DNA of 64,000 nucleotides from NCBI RefSeq assembly GCF_006345805.1, contig NC_043001.1:126294001-126358000 (forward strand), read 5' to 3'. The notes beneath the pieces were generated by a model. That model made no database searches, was not told the DNA's origin, and was given only the letters and a program-made list of their open reading frames with translations. The DNA is from Octopus sinensis (Eukaryota). Position numbers and translations under genes: made by a program. Shown here one piece after another: positions 1 to 12,145 of the stretch; positions within the stretch are counted from its first letter, which is position 1; every line of letters starts with the position of its first letter.

Positions 1-425
1 AGGAAACATCTGAAGGAGTCCAAACTCAACATTAAAATTGTTGAAAAGCCAGGAAAATCCGTCAGATCACAACTATGTAGGACATGCCCCTTTGAGAATA
101 CCATATGTACCAATGATAACTGCATGACATGTAGGATTATCCCTGGCATTAACTATAGAACTCGAAATGTAGTTTACAGCATAAGATGCATAGAAGGTGC
201 TTGTAAAGACATGAACATGACATGCATAGGAGCATTGCAGAACGACTAAGTGAACATTTGAGACAATACGACGACAAAAACAGTCCTCCATACTCTACCA
301 ACATGCAAATGACCAACATGGAGGTAACCTTATCCAAGCACCCAAAGGATCCAACACCCAGACAAATATGGGAGTACGTCCTCATAAATAAAACTTCTCC
401 TATACTAAATAGGAAATATTCATAG
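1..425 (+). mobile_element. Penelope-like retroelement C-terminal GIY-YIG endonuclease fragment, frameshifted
   Basis: Frame 1 reads RKHLKESKLNIKIVEKPGKSVRSQLCRTCPF..C..C..CRIIPGINYRTRNVVYSIRC; a shifted frame continues HRSIAERLSEH...RQIWEYVLINKTSPILNRKYS*. This is the Cys-rich linker plus NVVY/R-EH/E..I..PxLN pattern of PLE endonucleases. Confidence 0.75.
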
Positions 426-498
426 TAGATATCATACCCCCATACACACAGTTTACACAGGTAGATTAGAATAGTTAGTGGGATGTTATGTAGAGAGA

Positions 499-615
499 TG
501 TATGTATGTATGTATGTATGTATGTATGTATGTATGTATGTATGTATGTATGTATGTATGTATGTATGTATGTATGTGGGGGGTGTATGTATATATATAT
601 ATATATATATATATA
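499..615. repeat. (ATGT)n plus (AT)n microsatellite
   Basis: Direct reading. Confidence 0.95.
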
Positions 616-661
616 GGTGAGAAAGTTGGTGTGTGAAAGCACGTGGTTGGATATATAGAAC

Positions 662-928
662 ATAGAAAAGAGTGAAAAAGCTACAGAAGGCTTGTTTTAT
701 AAGGTTAAAGAATATATTTAAGTCGTTATGTTAGAAGAATGTTATAAAATTTTGCATATAGTAACATAGTTTTGGGAGAAATTTGAAAAGTTAACACGAA
801 ACCGGTAATTTTTCCAAAAACTCTGTTACTCTATGCAAAATTTTATAACATTCTTCTAACATAACGACTTAAATATATTCTTTAACCTTATAAAACAAGC
901 CTTCTGTAGTTTTTTCACTCTTTTCTAT
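662..928. repeat. Foldback inverted repeat with ~120 bp arms and a hammerhead-like core as the loop
   Basis: 662-782 is the near-perfect reverse complement of 808-928. Confidence 0.9.
775..815 (+). ncRNA. Minimal type I hammerhead-like motif, U3-A8 core variant
   Basis: GGAGAAAT-TTGAAAA-GT(TAAC)AC-GAAAC-CG-GTA^ATTTTTCC: stem I 8 bp, stem II 2 bp, palindromic stem III ACCGGT. Confidence 0.5.
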
Positions 929-951
929 TTTCTATATATATATATATATAA

Positions 952-990
<39 letters not shown>

Positions 991-1502
991 TGTGCGTGTG
1001 TGAATGTGTGTGTGTGCGTGTGTAGTTAGATGTATGCATGTGTGTGCGGGTGGGTGTATGAATATATATATGTATATCCACATGTATGTAAGCATATGGA
1101 TATGAATATAAACGGATCAACATACAGACGGATAGTTACGTAGGTTATAAGAACAAACAAGCACACATACGCAAATGAGGAATGAAACACCTGACCATAT
1201 ATACACACATAAATAGAAACATATGCACACACACATACGTGCATACGCACACATGCATACATACATTCATACATACATGCATGCATGTATAGGCAAGCAC
1301 ACACACACACTGATCCATACACATGCGCACAAACAGACAGAAAGGAACGCAGTTGAGTAACGGACAGAGGCAAAACTATTGGAAAGGTTGCAAGACGCAA
1401 CGAAAATTTTAGAAAAATAAAAAAGAAATAAGTGGACATTTTACCGGTTAGTGTGTTAAATTATAAGGCACCAAAAGAAAATAACTCTCCCCAGACACAA
1501 CA

Positions 1503-1556
<54 letters not shown>

Positions 1557-1557
1557 A

Positions 1558-1963
1558 TCTATATATATAAAGCTATATATATAAAGTTGTCTGTGTGTGT
1601 GGCAGGTTTGGTACCCTTCAACTAACACTATCTTCTCCGAGACCCTGCGGCGCAAGTTGACCAAAATTGAGAGTATGATAGAAGAATGCTTGCTCTTCAT
1701 TCCGTAGAAGAAAAAAATTCAAATCGGACCATGTTAAGACCAAAATTTATTTACATCAAAAAGGTGCTTTTTTTCTATGAAAATCCCTATTTTTAAAGAT
1801 ATTTTGGCTGCTGTGTCGCCACTTTTCGGTGTATTTCAACCAGAAAAATGTTCACTTAAAGAGAATAACAAGCTACATAATGCAAAATTTTTACTTTTAA
1901 AAGATTCAAATTTTAAAGGGTGGAACAGAAAACAAACCCGAGCAACGCCGGGCTATACTGCTA

Positions 1964-1964
<1 letters not shown>
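1558..1964 (+). mobile_element. Non-autonomous Helitron
   Basis: A|TC 5' end (TCTATATATATAAAG); 3' CCCGAGCAACGCCGGG hairpin followed by CTAG|T; termini shared with 48135-48526 and 58468-58872. Confidence 0.75.
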
Positions 1965-2032
<68 letters not shown>

Positions 2033-2361
2033 ATATATAATATTATATATATATATATATACATGTATGTATGTATGTATGTATGTATGTATATATACAT
2101 ATATGAATAAAAGTAGTGACACACCTTATTGTTTTGTGTGAAGATTACGATTGTTTGAGACGAGTAAAGAAAAGAAAAGAACTCATTATTAGATGGATAC
2201 TTGATCTATAATTGTTTCATTCTTTGGTGATACAATTCAAACTCTCTAGATGCAATTATGCTTGACCACTTGAGAATATTTTTTCAATAACTTCAATGTA
2301 AATCCACCATCCGGTACGGTAAAATGGGCGTCGTATTTCCGTTCTCTCTTCCCACTGCATG

Positions 2362-2602
<241 letters not shown>

Positions 2603-2606
2603 GTAA

Positions 2607-2770
2607 GGCGGCGAGCTGGCAGAATCGTTAGCACGCCGGGTGAAATGCTTAGCAGTATTTCGTTCGTCGTTACGTTCTGAGTTTAAATTCTGCAGAGGTC
2701 GACTTTGCCTTTCATCCTTTCGGTGTCGATAAATTAAGTACAATTTCAGGCCTTCTGCCTATAGTAGAAA
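2607..2770 (+). mobile_element. tRNA-derived SINE, family A (GGCGGCGAGCTGGCAGAA head)
   Basis: A-box-like head, GAGTTTAAATTC B-box variant, many copies in window. Confidence 0.85.
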
Positions 2771-2815
2771 AGTTTATTATTATTATCATCATTATTATTA
2801 TTATTATTATTATTA

Positions 2816-2847
<32 letters not shown>

Positions 2848-3405
2848 GAGTGAGCGAGCAGAGCATGCCATCAAAGTGACACTGGGGTAAAATATACGAA
2901 GCCCAGTATACCTATCATGACTACCCGTCTGATAAGGGTACACTAGGCACATCCATCACAACCATATGTGCGCGACATGGTGATCTCATATCAAGATAAA
3001 CAGCACATGACCTTGCAGGTGGAGTCCAGTTAGAATTTTCTTCAGATCGAGTAACCCATCCTGCTCAAAAGGTGCCTGAATAAGGGTTGTTTAAGGACGT
3101 TGAACGAAACACCCATGTTTCCAGAGGTGAATTATTCAAACCCCAAAGAATCCTTCTCAACACATGGCTATGATGCTCCCCCACTACTTCTGCTCGTGAT
3201 CAGAGATGCGCATATCGTCAGCCACTAAGGGACATGCTCAACTGGTTAAGGTCAAACAACTGACAAGCAAATCTGTGGTATTGAGCAGAATATTTGCTGT
3301 AGCCCATCTTTTATACCAAGACAAAACAATGTACATGATAACACTTCCAATCAGTTAAGATCAGAAGCCATGAGAGCCACTGCCTGGTACTGCATCAGGG
3401 CATTT
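2848..3405 (-). mobile_element. Non-coding retroposon 3' fragment with (AAT)n tail, flanked by (TAA)n (family X)
   Basis: Same 3' end (CTCACTC-(AAT)n) as 9423-9918 and 37478-37780, with different 5' truncations. Confidence 0.75.
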
Positions 3406-3426
3406 ATATTATTATTATTATTATTA

Positions 3427-3469
<43 letters not shown>

Positions 3470-3485
3470 ATTTATTATTTTTTTT

Positions 3486-5505
3486 ATTAACGTTTTACTT
3501 CTCAGAACGTTCGGTCTTATTTGTTCTGGTAGATTCTGTGAGAGCGGACAGCAGCCTGCTGTCAGAGGTCTCACAGGGTCTCTTTCCGCACATTATAAGC
3601 TTTAGTACTTGGTTGTTAATTATCGTGGGAGACATTCAACATCTAAGTACCCATCTCAAAATCCTAGCTGTCCCCAGCAAGGCAGTTTGGGAGGTTTGCT
3701 CTGCCCTCATGTCAATTACGATTTCTTTGACATATTTCTCGAACTTGGTTGTTAGTGTTCCGAGTGACCCTACAACTACTGGAATGACAAACACTCTACT
3801 CTTAGTCCATATTCTTGCAATTTCGTCTTTCAGTAGTCTGAACTTTTAAATTTTTTCTACTTCTTTGTCACTAATGCGTGCATCTCCAGGTATTGCTATA
3901 TCTAAGATCTTGGTTTTTTCCCCCCTTATCTACTACAACATCATCTGGTCTTCGAGCCTCGATTAGGGAGTCACCTTGGATTGTAAAATCCCACAGTATC
4001 GTATGTTTCTTGTTCTCAGTGACTCCTTCTGGTTCATGTTCGTACCATTTCCGTACTCTGTTCAGGTCATACTTTTTTACATAGCCTCCAGTGGACGAAC
4101 TCAGCCACGTTGTAATGCTTTTGGGCCAGCTTGCTACACTCACTCACAATATATGAGATTTTTTCGTTTCTGCTGCCACACATCCTACAAAGGGGTGATT
4201 CGCTATTCTTATCTATTTGGAACTTGGTGTAATTAGTCTCAGAGCTTGTTCCTGGACGCTGCCTCAGTGCATCCTTTCAGATCACTTTTTCTTAGCCATC
4301 TCCAAGTGTTGATCTTGTCTTTTCCTTTGATTTCTCTGAGGTATTACTCATGCAGTGGCTTTATTCTAGTTGTTTCTTCACCTTGTTTCTTAAATGTTTG
4401 TGGGTGTATCCCATTTTCGGTAGGAATTCTATTGTTAATTCTAACAGCGGCAAGCACGGATTCACACTGCTGTTTGATATACCTATTTTTTTACTACCCA
4501 CAAGGGGCTACACACAGAGGGGACAAACAAGGACAGGCAAACGGATTAAGTCGATTATATCGACCCCAATGCGTAACTGGTACTTAATTTATCGACCCCG
4601 AAAGAATGAAAGGCAAAGTCGACCTCGGCGGAATTTGAACTCAGAACGTAACAGCAGACGAAATACCTATTTCTTTATTACCCACAAGGGGCTAAACACA
4701 GAGGGGACAAACAAGGACAGACAAACGGATTAAGTCGATTATATCGACCCCAGTGCGTAACTGGTACTTAATTTATCGACCCCGAAAGAATGAAAGGCAA
4801 AGTCGACCTCGGCGGAATTTGAACTCAGAACGTAACGGCAGACGAAATACCGCTAAGCATTTCGCGCGGCGTGCTAACATTTCTGCCAGCTCACCATCCC
4901 AGACTGTTCTTCTCGTTGACAACACAGATATTGCATCCTATGAGATCTCTTCCACCCCTGTTTTTAGGCATATACAGTCTGTCAGTATCGAATTTGGGGT
5001 ATAGTTCCTTGTTGTCATCACTTTTCTAGTTTTCTTGTCCATTTCTTCAAGCTCGTTCTTTGTCCACCTAACAACATCTGTGCCGTATCGCATTTGACAC
5101 AGCCCATGTGTTCATTGCCCTGATTTTGTTTTTTCTATTGAGCCTACTTCCCATAATTAACCTGGTTCTTCTAAGATATTCTCACCTAAATGTTTTCTTT
5201 AATTTCACTTTCCTCGATTTTGTCGTATTCTAAAATACCCAGATATTTATATCCATTAGTCTCAATATCCTCTACACAATCAGACGACACCATCAGACGA
5301 TACTACATGCCACACTTTTTAGTCCCGAACTCCATTCCGATTTCTTTACTGGATATCTGCACTGTTGAAACTAGGCCATTTATTTCACGTTCGGTCTTTC
5401 CAAAGATCTTTCGTATCATCCATATATAAAACAGATGATTTAATTATCCTCCACTTTTCAAGGTGTACCCTGATGTTATTTTCCGCAGTATCTGTTTGAG
5501 CAGTT
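3486..5505 (-). mobile_element. R4/Dong-like non-LTR retrotransposon (RT, CCHC knuckle, restriction-like endonuclease), degraded and interrupted by SINEs
   Basis: Minus strand gives LYMDD, CRMCGS, ILWDFTIQ..ARRPD and VIPVVVGSLG...TALLGTARILR; (TAA)n on both sides. Confidence 0.9.
4482..4895 (-). mobile_element. Two tandem family A SINE copies inserted in the Dong-like LINE
   Basis: Direct repeat of ~190 bp with the SINE head at 4895. Confidence 0.85.
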
Positions 5506-5509
5506 ATCA

Positions 5510-5672
5510 TTATTATTATTATTATTATTATTATTGTCGTCATCGTCGTCATCATCATCACCATCACCATCATCATCATCATCATCACCATCATCTTCAC
5601 CATCATCATCACCATCATCATCATCATCATCATCACTATCATCATCATCATCATCATCATCACCATCATCAA

Positions 5673-5715
<43 letters not shown>

Positions 5716-5771
5716 GTCGTCGTCATCATCATCATCATCATCATCATCGTCGTCGTCGTCGTCATCATAAT

Positions 5772-5802
<31 letters not shown>

Positions 5803-5888
5803 AGCAAGAGCAATAGTAACAATAACGATAACAGCAAGAATAGTTCTACCTCCACCACCACCACCACCCCACCACCACCACCACCCTC
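5510..5888. repeat. Compound (TTA)/(CAT)/(CGT)/(CAG)/(CAC) triplet array
   Basis: Direct reading; source of the poly-His/Ser/Met ORFs. Confidence 0.95.
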
Positions 5889-6362
5889 ATAATATACCAC
5901 TGATGTTGGAAGAGAATAAAAAGATGTTAAAATGCGAAAGCAACACAATCTCAGGTGGTCAGGTTTTGAGAGAAAAAAATGAGGTGAGCAGGATGTGAGT
6001 CAATGAGTTGTCTATTGTAGTCGTACTACAACATAGACCGTATAAATCATATAATGTGAATATACAGCTATAATATATATATATATATATATATATGTGT
6101 ATGTGAATCTGGATTTGGGGATGTGAATGGTGTAGGAAGTGTATAAGGGTTGGTGGTTTCAATTGAAGAGTTAGTGGTGTTCTGTATTGAGTTGTGTGTT
6201 CTCTCTCTTTATTATCATCTTATAATCATCTCATAATAATGACTTTCATGACTCGTATTACTACCTCAGTCAATCTAAATGTATATATTTGTCACTACCT
6301 GTCATAAATAGCCTTTTTTTATTTGCAATGTGCAGTTTCGTTGATTTTTCATATTTTACCCC

Positions 6363-6393
<31 letters not shown>

Positions 6394-6495
6394 TCAGGGT
6401 GAGTACTCGATAATTGTAAGCACCTGTATATACCGTTTGGTGGTGTAGGTGGTGGAGTAAATTAATCAAAATAAAAACATGATGCTAAGGACTCA

Positions 6496-6573
6496 GCGGT
6501 ACATATGTTTCGGGCCTTTATTAGACGGATTTATAACAATGCATAATGTGTGTCTATGGCCTTCTTCAGACGC
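6496..6573 (-). ncRNA. Antisense twin hammerhead with a stem I mismatch
   Basis: Same core as 6643-6720 but the 5' side of stem I reads GCGT instead of GCGG. Confidence 0.6.
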
Positions 6574-6642
6574 GCACAACTACTGCCTCAAGGACACGTA
6601 GAATTTTTGATGTAATACATGTCCTTGAGGTAGTAGTGGTGC

Positions 6643-6720
6643 GCGGCTGAAGAAGGCCATAGACACACATTATGCATTGTTATAAATCCGTCTAATAAAG
6701 GCCCGAAACATATGTACCGC
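6643..6720 (+). ncRNA. Type I hammerhead ribozyme (CUGAAGA core, GUA cleavage triplet)
   Basis: GCGG-CTGAAGA-AGGCC...GGCCC-GAAAC-ATAT-GTA^CCGC; predicted cut after 6716; A.C mismatch at the base of stem II. Confidence 0.75.
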
Positions 6721-6786
6721 TGAGTCCTTAGCATCATGTTTTTATTTTGATTAATTTATATATATATATATATATATATATTATAT

Positions 6787-6885
<99 letters not shown>

Positions 6886-8140
6886 TGATATAGATACATA
6901 CATACATGCATACATATAGATATATAAATATACACACATACATACGGAACACATACACATGCACGTAACTGTATGTCTGTGTGCGCTGGCATGTGTATAC
7001 ATGTATTACATGTATTGTATATATACATACATACACACACACGCACACACATGCACACACACACACACATAAAAACAAACGTATATATTACTCAGCGTAT
7101 GAATCATATATGAGTGTGTTTTGGACATCAGTATCATATTTCATCATCACCATCGTCTTGTTACTATCATCCGGTGTATAATTCTGTTTATTTTTATGTA
7201 TTTATCTAGATTCAAATGCTCCCAATTGAACGAATCTTTAGAGCGATGGATAGAAGGCCACGTGATATATATTCCCATTCTTTCTTATCTGTCTTTGCCT
7301 TCCATATATTTGAGGTCGATAAAAAGTGTACCAACCAGGGCGGTTTCATTGCCGAAACTGTTTGAGAATCGGGCAACGTGCCTACGATGTCTGAGCCCGG
7401 TTCTTTGTGTTCTGATAGCAGCACTTGTAACGCAGATTCTAAGCTTCATCGATCCAAGTCAGCGACCTTTCCTAGGGTAAATATTGATGGTGAAGAAAGA
7501 GGGGAGACTGTTAGGCATAAGCAACTGCCAGTTTTCCTGAAAATCTTCTTCACGTCTGCGCATACATGCGTTGATGCACGCTCAACATTAATCGACAAAG
7601 TACGTACATCTGGATTCATTTTTCCACATAAAATTCCGTTTAGGTTACCCTTATAAAGGTAAAAGTCTGCACGGAGTGCGGCTTTTAAGCTAGCTCCTGT
7701 GGAGGGCTAGTTGAGTCTGCGACCGAAAACTAAGTAGAACAATAATAATAATAATACCCTACCAATATGGTATTACCCTACCAATATGATATTATTTTGA
7801 ATTCAGTTTAAATGAAAAACTTGTAGGTTCACAAAATTTCGGAGTTCATTTAAAATTTGAATTTTCAACTGTTAACATATAACAAATTCTCATCCAAACT
7901 TAATTCCAATGTTGGATGTTCAAGGACCAAATGAGGGGCAGATTTTCAATCTCGGGATCATCTTGATTCGGGAAAGGTATAATATGTCTATGTAGAGCAA
8001 ATTTAACATGTGATATAGGAGTGTCGGATGGACAGACAGACAGAATTTCGCGTTTGTTATATTAGATATATTATCTCTCTCTGTAATATTTTTAACTGTT
8101 TCATCACGTTTTTGTTTTAAACTGCAATAAGTTAGTGACA

Positions 8141-8439
8141 GGAGGCGCAATGGCCCAGTGGTTACTGCAGCGGACACGCGGTCGGAGGATCGCGGTTTCG
8201 ATTCCCAGACCGGAGGTTTTGTGTATTTATTGAGCGAAAACACCTAAGGCTCCACGAGGCTCCGGCGGAGGGTGGTGGTGACCCCTGTTGTACTCTTTCG
8301 CCCCAACTTTCTCTCATTCTTTCATGTTTCTTGAGTAGCGCTGCGATGGACTGGTGTCCCGTCCAGCTGGGGGGAACACATACGCCACAGAAACCGGGAA
8401 ACCTGGCTAAGCTTGAAAAGGGCGCATAAAAAAATAAAA
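8141..8439 (+). mobile_element. tRNA-derived SINE, family C, with a 15-bp target-site duplication
   Basis: GGAGGCGCAATGGCCCAGTGG head, GGTTTCGATTCC B box, A-rich tail; AATAAGTTAGTGACA at 8126-8140 and 8440-8454. Confidence 0.9.
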
Positions 8440-8877
8440 AATAAGTTAGTGACAACTATAACCATTAAACCTGTTTCATTGAATGACTTTATGTTTTTTC
8501 CCCTTTAAATGTATCTAGCCTGTGATCGTTTATATCACACAAGGCTATCATCTATGTATAAGCTCCCTTTCAAAGTGGGACATATTCTACACAAACCTCC
8601 AAATACAGTTGCCAATGATATTGATAAATTTAGGCTCATCTTTTGTTCCCAAGGAAGCATCAAACAATTTGTCACCGGTTTATTTTCACCCACGATGAGC
8701 TATGGATAAACAAAAAGGATTTTCTAGCATACGTAATGATTTGAATACGATTTTCATATCAAATTCATAATAGATAGGAGGCCATTTGTAGAAGTTAAGG
8801 TAGCAATAACATTTTATTTTTAATGATTATTGCTCGCTAAAATCTATAGCAAGAAGAAAAACAACTACAATAATAAG

Positions 8878-9330
8878 TCTTTCTAAGTTTGGCACAAGGG
8901 CAAAAATTTTGAGGAGAGAGACTAAGTCGATTACATTGACCCCCGTATTTGGTTGGTACATAATATCGTCGACTTCAAGAGGATGAAATCGAAGTCGACT
9001 TCGACGGAATTTGAACTCAGAACGTGAAGAGCCAGAAGAAACGTCACAACTTATTTTGTTCGGGGTACTAATGGTTCTGCCAGCTCGCCGATGATCACGA
9101 AAGAAGAAAAGGCAAAGTCGATCTTAGCTGAATTTGAACTCAGGACGAAAGGTCGGAAGAATGCCGTAAGCATTTTGTGCGACGTGCTGACAATACTTCC
9201 AGCTCGCAGCTTTAATAATAGTAATAATGGTTTCAAATTTTGGCACAAGACCAGAGGAGGAGTAAGTCAATCTCGGACGAAATACCGCTATGCATTTTGC
9301 CCGATATGCTAACATTTCTGTCAGCTCGCC
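8878..9330 (-). mobile_element. Cluster of partial family A SINEs
   Basis: Repeated GAATTTGAACTCAG and CAGCTCGCC motifs. Confidence 0.8.
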
Positions 9331-9334
9331 GTCC

Positions 9335-9397
<63 letters not shown>

Positions 9398-9422
9398 TAA
9401 TAATAATAATAATAATAATAAT

Positions 9423-9918
9423 AGTTATCATGTACATTGTTTTGTCTTGGTATAAAAGATGGGCTACAGCAAATATTCTGCTCAATACCATAGATTTGCT
9501 TGTCAGTTGTTTGACCATAACCAGTTGAGAATGTCCCTTAGTGGCTGACGATATGTGCATCTCTGATCACCAGCAGAAGTAGTGGGGGAGCATCATAGCC
9601 ATGTGTTGAGAGGGATTCTTTGGGGTTTGAATAATTCACCTCTGGAAACATGGTTAGTTCGTTCAATATCCCTAAACAACCCTTATTCAGAGACCTTTTG
9701 AGCGGGATGGGTTACTCGACCAGAAGAAAATTCTAACTGGGCCTCACCTGCAAGATCAAGTGCTGTTTATCTTGATATGAGATCACCATGACGCGCACAT
9801 ATGGTTGTGATGGATGTGCCTAGTGTACCCTTATCAGACGGGTAGTCATGATAGGTATACTGGGCTTCGTATATTTTACCCCAGTGTCACTTTGATGGCA
9901 TGCACTGCTCTCTCACTC
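9423..9918 (+). mobile_element. Family X retroposon 3' fragment in (TAA)n
   Basis: Reverse complement of part of 2848-3405; (AAT)n on both sides. Confidence 0.8.
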
Positions 9919-9936
9919 AATAATAATAATAATAAT

Positions 9937-10137
9937 TTTGGCACAAGGCCAGCAATTTAGAGGAGGGAGTAAATCGATTACATCTACCGCACTGCTTAAT
10001 TGATACTTATTTTATTGACTTCGAAAGGTTGAAAGGCAAAGTCAACCTCGGCAGCATTTGAACTCAGGACGTAAAGACGGACGAAATGCCGCCAAGTAAT
10101 TTTTCTAGCGTGCTAACGTTTTTGCCAACTCACTGCT
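9937..10137 (-). mobile_element. Family A SINE, diverged
   Basis: Similarity to other family A copies. Confidence 0.75.
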
Positions 10138-10483
10138 TTAATAGCAATGATGATGATGATAATGATGATGATGATGATGATGATGATTGATAACTAGAAT
10201 ATCAGTCATAATTGTTGTTCTTATTGTTGCCATTATAATAAAGGTAATATTTAATACTTAATTAATAATTACCTTGCTAATAATTAATGATTATGTTACC
10301 TGTTTTCTCTTTTTTTTTTACTGCTCTCAAGTATGATACATGTAATCAATAAAACATCATGTAGTAATATATGGTCCAATTTTCTGAATCATCAATCTCC
10401 GGGTTTCTCTCTCTCACTGTATTTCTCTCTTTTCCTCAACCTTTCTCTTTTCATACACACACACCACACACACACACATACAG

Positions 10484-10515
<32 letters not shown>

Positions 10516-10516
10516 G

Positions 10517-10606
<90 letters not shown>

Positions 10607-10900
10607 TGTATACATACATGCGCACTCCCGTTTGCTTAATTTACGTAGACATAAAGTCGCATCGACTACCTTGATGAGTCGTGATGTATTTTCAATGATG
10701 AAATACGTCAGTTAAAGTAAATTCTATTACAGAAGTTCTTATACGCTTAATTACTATTATATATATACCATAAGGGCACAGAAAGTGTGCTTAAAGCCCG
10801 CTGGAGATGATGTTCTCCTGGGGCTACAAGCTACAGTAACACCCACCCTTAGTGGTTAGTCATATTGAGATGGAAAGTATACCTCACACACACACACACA

Positions 10901-10955
<55 letters not shown>

Positions 10956-10957
10956 TA

Positions 10958-11152
10958 TGGTTTCGGTTCCTGGACCGGGCGACGCGTTGTGATCTTGAGC
11001 AAAACACTTCATTTCACGTTGCTCCAGTCCACTCAACTGGCAAAAATGAGTAACGCTGCGATGGACTGGCGTCCTGTTCAGCTGGAGAACGCATACGCCA
11101 TAGAAACCGGGAAACAGGGTCCATGAGCCTGGCTAGACTTTAAAAAGGCACA
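10958..11152 (+). mobile_element. tRNA-derived SINE, 5'-truncated, related to family C and to 61058-61345
   Basis: GGTTTCGGTTCCTGGACCGGG...CTTGAGCAAAACACTTCATTTCACGTTGCTCCAG; 3' part shared with 8340-8425. Confidence 0.7.
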
Positions 11153-11289
11153 TTTATTATATATATATGAATATATATATATATATAAAATTTTAAAATG
11201 GAATAAAATCTTTATAAAAATTTATCAAGTAGTTAGCGTGAAAAATCTCATAAGGGAAGAATTCATAATTATTCCCTTTAAATTTATTT

Positions 11290-11367
11290 ATTTATATTAA
11301 GGGCATTACTACACGTAAATGGCTCACGCGTGAGGCATTTACATGTAGTAATGCCTTTAATATAAAT
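11290..11367. repeat. Near-perfect 78-bp palindrome centred on CACGCGTG
   Basis: Arms are reverse complements with three mismatches. Confidence 0.85.
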
Positions 11368-11529
11368 ACACACACACACACATATATATATATATACATA
11401 TCTACATATACATATACTCACACACACAAATATATATTTACGTATATATACAAATACGTACGTACATGCATACATATATATATGTATGTATATATATGTG
11501 TGTGTGTATGTGTGTGTGTGTATACGTTT

Positions 11530-11726
11530 GCGTGTCTGTGTTTGTCCCCACCTCCACCAACATCACTTGACAACCGATGCTGCTGCGTTTACGTCCCCGT
11601 AACTCAGCAAAAGAAACCGATTGAATAAGTACTAGGCTTATAAAGAATAAGTCCTGGGTCGATTTGTTCGACTAAAGGCGGTGCTCCAGCATGGCTACAG
11701 ACAAATGACTGAAACAAGTAAAAGAC

Positions 11727-11758
<32 letters not shown>

Positions 11759-11955
11759 TATATATATATGGAAAAACCATGGACTTCATAACAATACTTT
11801 CGGTTAATGTAGCAGTATGGTACATGTTTCCCAACCACACGGCTGTGGTTAAGTCCCGTGTGGCACTATGGGCAAGTCTCTACAACTAGAGCCCCAGGGC
11901 AACCAACCAATGCCATGCGAGAGATTTGGTAGACTCAAAATAGAGGCGTTTGTCG
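11530..11955 (+). mobile_element. Family B SINE halves, diverged
   Basis: CTTGACAACCGATGCTG...GGCGGTGCTCCAGCATGG and a degenerate head. Confidence 0.7.
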
Positions 11956-12024
11956 TATATATATATATATATATATACATATATATATACATATATACAC
12001 ACATGTATGTATGTATATATATAT

Positions 12025-12145
<121 letters not shown>

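Larger units (their letters stand above)
6458..6758. mobile_element. PLE-type pseudo-LTR foldback (143 bp arms, 15 nt loop) with a hammerhead in each arm
   Basis: 6458-6600 is the reverse complement of 6616-6758. Confidence 0.8.

Noticed and set aside
7367-7457. Possible plus-strand exon SGNVPTMSEPGSLCSDSSTCNADSKLHRSKSATFPR with an AGG|GTAAAT donor
   Set aside because: Weak acceptor and no recognisable homology
8597-8699. Possible minus-strand exon LIVGENKPVTNCLMLPWEQKMSLNLSISLATVFG
   Set aside because: Weak GTTTGT donor and no recognisable family
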